DNA of 63,907 bases, filler included, from Craspedostauros australis (GCA_030167865.1; 14 parts of 14 records of this genome joined end to end with filler, not necessarily neighbours in it), one strand, 5' to 3'; positions 24,801-35,990 are shown, counted from the first letter of the whole stretch. The notes: generated by a model not told the origin, from the letters alone. Made by a program: numbers and translations.

Positions 24801-27480
24801 CGGGCCATCTTGGAGGAGGACGTCGACTCCATTCTTCAGCTCCCAGGTAGTTTCGGATCCGTACCTATCTGTCAGTAGTTCCACGCGGACCATGGACTCA
24901 TCGGATGCACATGCATTTGAGGTGCTTGCAACTGTAGGTGCCGAAGTGGGGCTGCAATCTCCGATCTGGGTGGTCTCACTTGTTTCGAATTCTCCTCCAA
25001 ACTTCTGCAACACGCCGTCGACGATAATCCTGTAAGATCCGTAACCTATTGAACAGCAGATTCCGTCACCATATGTGTCAGCAATCGTCATGCTCAAGCA
25101 GGCAGACTTGGAGACGCATACCTCCTTGGTGTAGAGCTGGAAAATGTTGTCGATAAACGGCCCATCTTGGAGGAGGACGTTGTCTCCATTCTTCAGCTCC
25201 CAGGTGGTTTCGGATCCGTACCTATCTGTCCATAGTTCCACGCGGACCATGGACTCATCGGATGCACATGCATTTGAGGTGCTTCCATCTGTAGGTGCCG
25301 AAGTGGCGTGGCTTGGTGGGTTGCTTGGTGGGTTGTTTGTCAGCTTGCTTGTGGGCGCGCTTGTTGGGTTGCTGACTGGTGCGGCGGTGACTGGCAAAGC
25401 AGTGGGGAAAGGCACCGGAGCAGTCGTTGGTTCTGGACTCTGGCAATCTCCGATCTGGGTCGTTTCAGTTGTTGCAAATGCTCCGACAAACACTTCCGGT
25501 ATGCCGTCAACAATAATCCTGTAGGATCCATATCCTCCTGAGCAGCAGATTCCGTCACCATATGTGTCAACAATCGTCATACTCAAGCAGGCAGACTTGG
25601 AGACGCATATCTCCTTGGCGTAGAGCTTGCTGATGTGGTCGATAAACGGTCCATCTTGGAGGAGGACGTTGTCTCCATTCTTCAGCTCCCAGGTGGTTTC
25701 GGATCCGTAGTTATCTGTCAGTATTTGTACGCGGACCATGGACTCATCGGATGCACAGGCATTCGAGGTGCTTCCATCTGTAGGTGCCGAAGTGGGGTTG
25801 CTTGTAGGTGCGCTTGTTGGGTTGCTGATTGGCTTGCTTGTGGGTGTGCTTGTTGGGTTGCTTGTTGGACTGCTGACTGGTGCGGCGGTGACTGGCGCTG
25901 CGCTGGAGGCAAGAACTCGAGCGGCTGTCGTTGTGGGACCGCCGCCACCGCAGGTTCCAACGTCGAACTCTTCACTGTTCTGGAACGCTCCGCCGGACTT
26001 GATCTTAACTCCTGCACGGGAAACCTCGTACATTCCCTGGCCCCACCCACAGCACATGCCGTCGCCTTCCACATCTGCAATCTCAAACTTCACGCAGCTG
26101 TTGGGAGACACGCACAGCTTGGACTCGAACGATGTCAGCTTCTCATCGGCACCGTATGGTCCACCAGTCTGGGCAACCTGCGAGTCCACAGTCAGCTTCC
26201 ATGTTGTTTCGGCTGGGTAGTTGTCTGTCCTCACGAAGACCTCAACTAGTTCCAATCCATTCTCGCAATCTGGGACAGGCGCTGGTGTCGGAGACAGCCC
26301 CCCGCTGCATCCAGCACCTTCGCAACGGAATGTCATGTACTCGCCCGAGTTGCTGATCTCCGTAATCTTGAGGCCCGTCGGGTTGATGTTTCCATTCTGG
26401 TAACTGTCCGTGTTGGGGTGCTTGTTGGCCCCGATGTTGGGATCGTTGGACGGCAGGAGTTTGGTGACGCCGCGGCCGTGGAAGACATCGTTGGCATCGC
26501 CGTTGTTCTTCTCTTGCTCGAGATCGTATTGGCCATCTGCCTGCACCATCGCGATTCGGTAATGTTTGTTGTTTGTTGGCCAACCGGCCTGTCCTGGCCA
26601 GCCCTGGTCGTGCGGTTCCGCCTTCTTCTCGTCGATATGCCAGATGCAGAGACCGGCCTGTGGCATATTCTTGTCAGACTCGAGCTGTTGGCGGTTCTCA
26701 ATCAGGAGGTACCTGCATCAAGGAGAGTTCGAAGGCATGTGGAGAATTGTACAAAAGTGTGAATGTGATTGAGGCTGTGAGCGTGCATGTACTTGAGCAT
26801 CGACAGACCACAATTTGGGGAGGACAATTCGAAATATGAATCATAGCATGACATGGCAGTGCAATGAGGCGCACTTACTCTCCGGCTGGGTAGCCACCCT
26901 CGCCGTCTCCGATCTTGTAGATATCTCTGTTGGTTTGAACCGCCGTGATGGGGTTGACACCCTCACCGGGACGCTTGGGCGTGACCCAGTTCAGCGTGAC
27001 CTTCGACCAAGCGGATGGGTGTGGCGGATGATACTGGTCGCCTTCGAATCCCCAGCTGTTCGCCATGAGACCGAACGATCCGATGCCGCTGCCGTCATCG
27101 CCGTAATCATACAGATCTGGCAAGCCAAGGAAGTGCGCCATCTCGTGCGTGATCACGCCAACACGTCCGATCGCAGTTCCGGACGTGCTCCACAAACCAG
27201 GATTCGCGTGGTAGTCCTGGATCTCCACGTTGTCCCAGCTCGTGAACTTGTTGGTGAGGCTCCACTGGTGTGACCAGATGCGGTCCTTCTGGGCAGCGCC
27301 GAATCCATCCGGGTCCGAATCCGATTCGGCACCGTATCCCGAATGGATGATGGTGAAACCGTCGATCCAGCCATCACCGTCAGCATCAAACTGCTTGAAG
27401 TCGAGGTTCTGGCCATTCAATATGTTCAGCGCATCTGTGATGCAGTCATGAATCACGGAGGTACCGCCGCTGCTGTTGTC
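21419..27480 (-). CDS. M6-family (immune inhibitor A-like) metalloprotease with 12 Cys-rich repeat domains and PT-rich stalk; exons >27480-26879 and 26712-<21419; both ends in gaps
   Basis: FDADGDGWIDGFTIIHSGYGAE, IWSHQW, HEMAHFLGLPDLYD, GIGSFGLMANSW and SAWSKVTLNW are M6 motifs. Intron GA|gtaagt (26878) to tgcag|G (26713) restores EYLLIENRQ. Then 1 divergent and 11 near-identical CASDESMVRV...DGICC domains. Confidence 0.93.
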
Positions 27481-27580
27481 NNNNNNNNNNNNNNNNNNNN
27501 NNNNNNNNNNNNNNNNNNNNNNNNTTAATTAATTAANNNNNNNNNNNNNNNNNNNNNNNNNNNNNNNNNNNNNNNNNNNN

Positions 27581-28790
27581 GGCGCTTTGCAAACCATCTA
27601 CAAGTGTACAGTCGAGTGGAGCGGCGATCTCTACTGCGGCGTGAGTCTCAAATGGGACTACACGGCGCGAACAGTGGAGCTCTCCATGCCAGGATACGTG
27701 CAAAAAGCACTTCACAAGTTTCAGCACCCCATCCCCACTCGACCACAACATGCGCCGGCACCGTGGGACGCACCAACCTACGGGGCGAAGACACAAGAGC
27801 CCAAACACGATGACACATCGCCCAAACTCCCGGCGGAACAAATCATCCGCATTCGACAAGTGGTGGGGACACTACTATACTACGCCAGAGCAGTAGACCC
27901 AACCATCCTACCAGCAGTAAGCGACATCGCCACACAGCAGGCGCACGCGACACAAGACACCGAACGACGCGTGAACCAACTCATGGACTACTGCGCCACC
28001 CATCCCAACGCCATCCTGGTGTATCATGCCAGCGACATGATCTTGCACGTCGACAGCGACGCATCCTACCTCAGCTTACCAAAAGCGAGAAGCCGGGCCG
28101 GAGGCCACATGTACCTCAGCAAACGGTCCACCGATACCACCAAGGCACCGAGCACCGAGCCACCCAACAATGGCGCCATTCACACCGTATGCAACAAAAT
28201 ACAAAATGTGATGAGCTCCGCGGCCGAAGCCGAAGTGGGCGCCCTGTACTTGAACTGCACAGCAGCCACAGCACTTCGCACAACGCTCGACGAGTTGGGG
28301 CATCCCCAACCACCTACGCCCATCAAAACAGACAATTCCACAGCATCCGGAATTGTGAACAACACGATGAAACAACGACACACGCGGGCCATGGACATGC
28401 GGTTCTACTGGGTGCGCGACCGTGTCCAACAGGGCCAGTTCATCATCTATTGGGCCCCAGGAGCAGACAACCTCGCCGACTACTTCACCAAACATCATCC
28501 GGCAGCTCACCATCGCAAAATGCGCGAAGTCTACCTCAAGCCCACTCCAGACAGTGGCAAGGCAACAGGACAGAGCATGCTGGGAGTTCCGCGAGGGTGT
28601 GCTGATTCCAGTCCCGCCCGTGACTCGCCTGACCATCGCCAGAACGCTATGCACCTCGCGCCCACTTTTCTGCTAGAGACAGGCAAGCTACGATCAGGAA
28701 TCCTTTCCGCAACTCCAGCGCTAATCAATACAATCTCTCATAAATATTAGCGAACAACATTGATTCACTCACTCAGTCCTATTGACAGGT
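27581..28790 (+). mobile_element. Ty1/copia (CoDi-like) retrotransposon 3' part: RT end, RNase H, PPT and probable 3' LTR
   Basis: YCGVSLKWDY, LHVDSDASYL, SAAEAEVGAL, TDNSTA, MDMRFYWVRD, NLADYFTKHH; gcgagggtg PPT-like tract then TG at ~28600. LTR right end uncertain. Confidence 0.9.
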
Positions 28791-29789
28791 TCCATCGACC
28801 GTCCCGGATCACGCTATTGTCCTCATCTCACCATGAGTTGCACTCCCACCATTGTGCCCAAACTGCAATCGAGACCCTCGCCAAGTCTCAGGAGGAGCGA
28901 TCACTCGCGGTTACAGCAACAATTGCCAGGGTCACCATTCATTCCATTCTTCGAAGCGAGCAGTGCCAGCGTGGCGGAAAGACAAGAACCGACGAGCCAG
29001 CGCAGTCCAAACATCCAAAGAACTTGACGAGCAAAAGAAGAAACCAACGAACCAACGAACCAACGAGCAACCCCATGCAGAGTGCGAGTGCCGTATTGCG
29101 GATCATGGTTGACACAGAGTTCCATACAGCACAAGAAGCACATGGTCAGCGATCCATGGCCCATGAGCACCGTACACCTACATATCCTCCTTTGTGGTGC
29201 TCCCAACTTCGTTGATGAGACGGATGTTCTTGTCGATCACCTCAGTTGAGCATCGATGCTCTGGAAGTCACGAGCCAAGACGGCGGCACTCATGCCTATT
29301 GATAGAATGCGCGTGGTGTTGTGTGTTGGTGGTCCGTGTGGCAGGAACAGTGGAGGCGGCACGGTATCACTCCGCCTGATGCTTGCTGAAGGTGCCAACC
29401 CATCCCAATGCGCAATGTGGTGTTAGTTTGATGTTGGGGACTCTTGTTGCCTGTGCGGATGGCGATGGTTGCAATGCGGTGGGATGGCAACCAGTCAAAT
29501 CCAAATGAGATGTGTCACGACCAACACAGGCAACCAACAAGGCAACCAACAAACGCAGTCACATCAGCGGCTTCATGGTTGTTCGAGGCATTGGCTCACA
29601 CCTCAAGTTGGTGCTTGCGATGGCAGGCGGACAAGGGTCGGTGGTCTTGCAGATGCCACGATGACGCAAGCAAGCGTGGGCCATGGTGCACATGGTGGTG
29701 GTGGCGGCGGCGGTGGCGACGATGACAGCTGTCTGTGTTTCCGAAGACTTTCACGTTGTTTGCTTCGGATTGGTGTTGCGTTGATTGTG

Positions 29790-30029
29790 GCCAAACGAGA
29801 ACTCTGTTGTGGTNCTTCTTTCTTGTTGTTGGTCGCACGCATTTTCGTGATGGATGGGAACAGAAAGATCCAATCCGCGCGAACCAGACGCGTTTGATCA
29901 AGAGAAGGAGACAAACACAGGCAAACACAAAGAGAGAAGGAGGAGACCATGCGAACAAGACAACAACACACACACCACTCAACCCCATACTCCAGCGCAT
30001 CAACAACAAACATCGAATTGCCACTCATA
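29790..30029 (+). repeat. fourth copy of the ankyrin-family 5' leader, cut by a gap
   Basis: gagaactctgttgtggt...gatggatgggaacagaaagatcc...caccactcaaccccatactc...catcgaattgccactcat matches 15383-15570 and the reverse complement of 20780-20950. Confidence 0.85.
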
Positions 30030-30130
30030 TNNNNNNNNNNNNNNNNNNNNNNNNNNNNNNNNNNNNNNNNNNNNTTAATTAATTAANNNNNNNNNNNNNN
30101 NNNNNNNNNNNNNNNNNNNNNNNNNNNNNN

Positions 30131-31817
30131 GGAGGTGTTGCCAACTTCGGCCATCTCGTCAGCTCGTTGTTCCAGGAATGTGCGTCGGTGCTCGAGGGCG
30201 TCGCGCTTTACTCGTCTCCATTGTTCATGCGCTACCTTCCGTCTTTGCTGGAGTTCTGCTTGGGTGAGATGCGCTGTCGGTTGTCGTATGCCCGCTTGCT
30301 TCTTCACTCGATCGTACCATCGCGCGCTGACCCTTGCTCCTTGTCTTCGTTTCCACGCAATCTCCCAGAATTTCTTTTTCATGGCTGCTGTTTTGATTGT
30401 CGGTGAATACGGCACTCGTCCTGCGAATACTCGCCGGGATCCTTTCTCTGCTTGTAGCATGATCTCTGNTCGTTCCNTGTCTATGCTTTCGATCTCTTCA
30501 ATGAGCGCGTCGGTTNGGTCTGGTTTGTGTCGTACTGTTGCTAGCACGGTCGCCGCTCGTTGTGGAAGCCTGGCTTTGTCGTATCCTGATTCCACTGCCT
30601 TTTGGTATTTGAGTAATGTGGTTGGCTTGTTGGTCTGTAATTGCCTGCCTTCGAACTTCTTCGTTGGCCTGCTGAGTGCTCCGAAGATGGACTCGCCTGA
30701 TATCTCTATCCACGCCGTGCGGTGGTCCCAGCTCCCAAACTTGCTATATCCTGCTCGCTGGACCACCACTGAGTCGGAGACCCAGATGCCGTCGATGACT
30801 CTGTCCGTCTCTGCGCGTATGTGAGTTGGGACTGGAGCTTTTTGTGGGTGCTTGCTGAGTACAGCCTCTCTGAGTCCTTGCCTGTGTAGCATGGTCGCCA
30901 TTTGCGAGTTCGTCACCTTCATGTTGATGTCTCCGCCGAGGATGATTGTTTCCCCTTGACCATGCCATTTCTGTATCTCGTTTGCGAGGTCTTCCAGAAG
31001 CACCGTGATCGGTGGCGTCTCGATTCCCTGGGATTCCAGCCATGCTGCCTGTTGGTTTGCGACTGTGCGCGGCCCTTTCCCTGACTTTGTTGGGATGTAG
31101 ACGCTTACGATTCGTACCGTCTTGTCGTTTCGCCCCCGGAGCGTCATGCTGGACCACCTCCCCAACTTTCTTGGGTCGTCCTCTGAGGTTTTGTGTCGTC
31201 CTGCTGCGCTGCCGACTAGTAGGCATCCTGTGCCTCCCCATTGCCGTATGGGCCCCATCTTCTCTTGTTTATTGTGTGCCATGGTTTGGCGCCACGAGTT
31301 GAACTGTCCTTTGATTCGTGCGTGCCACGAGTGGCGTTTGGCTACCTTTGACCAGTTCAACCCAATTTCGGAGAACAGCACCATGTCGAGCTTCATTGTC
31401 TTTGTCCACTCCCATGTGTCGCGGTTCTTCCAGTGACCAGTCTCTTCAGGAAGACATCCCACGTTGAGGGCACCTATTCGTATTGCTTGGCGCCCTTTGT
31501 CGCGAGGGTTGTCGCCCCAATGGGAGACCTGGAGGCCGTGCTCATTCCGACGCACTTCCTCCCCGGTTGCATCCGTTGGGCTTGCGGAGGTGGGTGTTGA
31601 TGCTTCCCCGCCCTCCAGCCCTTCGTTAGTCTTGAGATTGGCCCCCTGCCGTGCTTGAGCCGGGGGTCCCGGAGTGGTCAGGCTCTGCTTCAGCGTGCTT
31701 CGCCCTTAACTCCTCGATGATCCGGTCTTTCTCAATGAGCTCTTGTTGTTGCTTCTCCAGCTTCTTTCTGTTGACCTCGGCCTGTTGTGCTTCGCGTGCT
31801 TGCCTCATGACTGTTGC
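30131..31817 (-). mobile_element. non-LTR retrotransposon (LINE): ORF1 coiled-coil tail plus APE-endonuclease part of ORF2
   Basis: IRIGALNVG, VLFSEIGLNW, LGRWSSM, IVSVYIP, ILGGDIN, PTH, IDGIWVS and WDHR are the ordered APE motifs; resembles diatom Ambal-type LINEs (clade tentative). Confidence 0.85.
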
Positions 31818-33896
31818 NNNNNNNNNNNNNNNNNNNNNNNNNNNNNNNNNNNNNNNNNNNNTTAATTAATTAANNNNNNNNNNNNNNNNNNNNNNNNNNN
31901 NNNNNNNNNNNNNNNNNCGTAATGAAATAGCAAACGAACGACTATCAACCAATACCATCTTCCACGATCGTAGGTTACCGTGAGCGGAACTTGCCAACAC
32001 ACACATGCCCCATGGCACGTACAATACTCCACAACCATATCACATGCAGCTGGCAACTTCATGATGTTCATTATCAGACTCAAAGATGGACCATGTTGAA
32101 TCACAATATTTCACACTTGCAGTCACTTGCAGTCACTTCCAGTCACTTGCAGTCACTTCCAGCCCCTCACTCACTGGCCAACACGCACACACAGACGGTG
32201 CACACAGTGCACACACACTGATCACACAGTTCCCTACAAGCTTGAATGGCCAAATCACAACACAGTGCCCATACGCTGCTCACACACTGCTCACAACAAG
32301 GAAATGCATGAAAAACCCAACATACAACATCACTCATAACCCCTAACCCTCCATACACGAGTAGCAAAGGCACACAAGGCATGCAAGGCACGCAAGGCAT
32401 GCACAGAGACAAGGCCATGGCACAACATGTCACCAACTGCTCACTACACACCCATGTATGATAACCCAAAGTACAATAAAACCAGGGCAATTTCCAGCAC
32501 CCATCATACACTAAGACACTGCTCACTGCAGGCCAAAGCACGATAATCCAGGACACAAAAGCATCACCCTAACAATTGACAGCACCAATCATACATCAAG
32601 ACACAACTCACTACACCACAATGCACAACAACCCAAAAAGAATGTTGCTCATAGCCCCCAACACACTGGCAGCAAAGACATGCACACACAAGTGCCCGAA
32701 CAATGCCCACAAAGCCAAAACTTGATCACACAACACACTAATGCACCATAACCCACAATACAAGGACGTTACTACACCCAAGACACACATGAGCAGCAAT
32801 GGCATACACACTCACAGTCACACAGTCACACAGTCACACAGTCACACAGTCACAGCGAACAACGTACAACGACTGAACACACACTACACAACACAGACTA
32901 CACACTCACATTCACAACGAACGATGGACAGACCAATGACTGTACACACACACACACACACCCAAACGGACGAAGGGCAGACCGATTAACCGCAACCCAA
33001 TCCACTACGGACGACGTACGGACGCTAATGTACCACCCAATTCACCATTTCCCGCAACTCCCAAATGTACCACCCAATGTCCATGTCCCACGCCTCCCAA
33101 AATACCCCTAACAACACCAAAATAGTGACAAACTTCAACACCCCCCAGCTCGCTCAATATCCACCCGTTGACAAAAGCGAGCGTCAATAAACGTGCCCAA
33201 GAGCCCGTTCCAAACCACCAACCACCAAAAAGCCAAAAATAAAAACGAATTATTGTTCAGGTTCCGGCTTTTATAAACCCTAACCCTAGCTGTAGCCGCA
33301 GTAGTGTCCGCAGGCGCAACCAATCAAACCCTAATGTACGAGGATTTAACACGGTGACGTACGACGGCCAGACCGAAGTTTGGGTCGATTGACGGACGAC
33401 GTACAGACGTTTGAATGGGCACGCAGTAAACACGGTCGAAGGACGGACGTTTTTGTATGGAAAATGTCGATGATCCGCAACTCCCCGAAAGTACAGATCA
33501 ATGTGCAACATCCGCAACTCCCAACCAACACGAGATACTACGAGCCACGCGATACACCGTGTTAAACATGTACACCATGCTACACCATGATGAACACATG
33601 TTCACGTACATCTTTCTGTACACACACACGCACCACGTCCATACCTACACGTCAACTTGTCTAGCATCTTCAACGGACCTCTACAACGTGAGATATAGAT
33701 GATGAAAGTACCCAACATCAACCAGTACTTGCAATACACAGTGTCATGTACATGTAAGCACACACACATGTTCACCATGAACGTACACACGTGTGACCTC
33801 AAGAACCACACTCTGAATCAACTTGGTGATGGAGATAGTGATGCATGAGTACAACACAAACAACATGTGATAACACGTGCAACCATGTTAATGTGA

Positions 33897-34015
33897 GATG
33901 AACATCGTCAATGTGCGATGAACATTGTCAATGGCAGATGAACATCGTCAATGGCAAATGAACTATCTGTCAACATCAAATGAACTATCTGTCAACATCA
34001 AATGAACTATTGTTA
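33897..34015. repeat. short tandem repeats (GATGAACATCGTCAATG x3; AAATGAACTATCTGTCAACATC x2-3)
   Basis: Direct inspection. Confidence 0.75.
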
Positions 34016-34365
34016 ACACATTCCAACTACNNNNNNNNNNNNNNNNNNNNNNNNNNNNNNNNNNNNNNNNNNNNNNNNNNNNNNNNNNNNCATTCCAACT
34101 ACAGGAGGATGGCACAAGTCCCATGAAATGGCTGACTTGTGGGGGAGGAGGGGGAAACCATCAACTGTGATACTCACACGTCCACGTGCTCACACACACA
34201 CACACACTGCCACATGGTACAACCAGCCACAACACACAACAACACGTGAGACCGTGATGCAACANNNNNNNNNNNNNNNNNNNNNNNNNNNNNNNNNNNN
34301 NNNNNNNNTTAATTAATTAANNNNNNNNNNNNNNNNNNNNNNNNNNNNNNNNNNNNNNNNNNNNC

Positions 34366-34794
34366 ACCGGTATCTGCTCCGGAGCCTGGGTCCTTGCCTC
34401 CATCCACAAGGCCGTCTCTGGCTTCCAGCTCGATGAGGTGTACATCGGCACCCCAGAGGAGCGCGCCGCCGGCATGAAGCCAGACCACCAGAGCAACCGC
34501 AACCTGCACCTTGGAACCAACGTCCTCACCGGCGAAGCCGGAGCTGGAAAGGTCCCAGCCGAGTACCTCGAGCTCCAGCGTGCCCTTGCCTCGCGCCCAG
34601 AGACCTACTCTTCCCGCCGCCAGCGCATCCTCTCCAGCATCAAGACCATCCGCGAGAACATGAACAACAGCGACAAGGAGGAGGATACCTCCAAGTACGA
34701 AGCCACCCTCCGTGTCCAGATCAACAACCTCCAGAAGCTCAACGCCGAGGAAGAGGCTGAGATGGCCAACATCGGTTCTGAGATGGACGCTTGA
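34366..34794 (+). CDS. SIT: silicon transporter (SIT), C-terminal part; 5' end in gap
   Basis: The frame extends upstream of the listed ORF: TGICSGAWVLASIHKAVSGFQLDEVYIGTPEER is the conserved end of the last SIT TM helix, followed by the C-terminal coiled coil (SSRRQRILSSIKTIRE). Strong C-ending codon bias. Confidence 0.93.
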   Translation, partial: TGICSGAWVLASIHKAVSGFQLDEVYIGTPEERAAGMKPDHQSNRNLHLGTNVLTGEAGAGKVPAEYLELQRALASRPETYSSRRQRILSSIKTIRENMNNSDKEEDTSKYEATLRVQINNLQKLNAEEEAEMANIGSEMDA

Positions 34795-35550
34795 ACGCAC
34801 ATTGCTTTCGACTTGAAACCGACACAACAGATAGTTCCTTGTGGACCATACTGACACAACATCAACGAACCCACATCGATGTACACATGCATCACGCCGC
34901 CAATGGTATCCTTGAGATTTATCGTGAATCTCACACCATGGCGCCGCTTTACTCCGAACAGGACAAAGTGCGATCGCATGTCACACATAAATATAATACC
35001 TGTTTTGTCACGCAACAACACACAGAGAGCTGCACAGAGCCGACATGATAATTATAGCCAAACACGTACAGCCCTCAAGTATGATACCTATAGTTCACTG
35101 TATACAACCACGGAGCAGCGACAACTCACACACCAGACATGAACGAGGTCGTGTTTGTCCTTCCCTGTTTGTGCAAACGTTGTGGCCGGACAGGTGCGTC
35201 GCTACCATCACGACACAGAATGAATGCTAAGTATCGCCACTCATTTTGACGATGAATCGAAGTTTCGTGCAAGCAGAACAGTTCCCCAGAGATCGCAACC
35301 AAAACAAATCTCTGCTCGTGAGCGCCAAAACGGTTGCGTCGCACCAGCTTCCAGTCATTTTGTTCACACTCAAGCGCAGATCCGATTGTCCAACTGAAAG
35401 CAGTCTCGCATGATACCTGCTCATGCAATTCCTCTCTCTTCGTCACTCTGGGACGTTTTTGGTTCTGCGGTCATAAAATAAAAAATGGCCACACCAAAAC
35501 GCACACGAGACAGCAAAGAAACGTCGGAAGTTGCCGAGCTGACCAAAAAG

Positions 35551-35622
35551 CTCCGACACGGGGAATCGAACCCCGGTCTCCCGCGTGACAGGCGGGGATA
35601 CTAGCCACTATACTATGTCGGA
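35551..35622 (-). tRNA. tRNA-Asp (GTC)
   Basis: TCCGACATAGTATAGTGGCTAGTATCCCCGCCTGTCACGCGGGAGACCGGGGTTCGATTCCCCGTGTCGGAG folds as a cloverleaf with GTC anticodon and TTCGA T-loop; TTTTT Pol III terminator immediately downstream. Confidence 0.97.
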
Positions 35623-35990
35623 AGTACTTGTTGCTGTTGTCAGGTGCACCTGAATTGATAACTACAAACAATCTGTTTTCAAGTTTCAATATCTGGCTGT
35701 TGCTTTCGTTTTCTCAGCGCCTGTTGGTACGCTATCATCAGACAAATACAGAACCATTGCACCGTGCCTTTCAAATGGACATTGCTTTACCAACATGCAC
35801 CAGTGCTTCAAATGATATAATTTAGTATGCCATATTTGCGAAATTGGTATCGTACTTCCCAAGGAATGGAGATCACGATGCCCTCTACGGTTTGCTAATT
35901 TGAGTTTTAGAACAGGCAACACAGGTTCATCGCCCTATTTGGTGCGCGCCACCTCCGTCAGTTTAGTGGTCGGAACTGAAAGGATGACAT

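Noticed and set aside
21850..25770. CRISPR-like or DGR-like reading of constant/variable alternation
   Set aside because: The repeats are in-frame protein domains of ~330-370 bp. No cas genes, no DGR-type RT or template repeat is visible, and the changes include indels and are not obviously adenine-restricted.
33276..33290. True telomere
   Set aside because: Only about two CCCTAA units, in an internal position.
34019..34102. CATTCCAACTAC on both sides of a gap
   Set aside because: Most likely overlapping contig ends rather than a target-site duplication.
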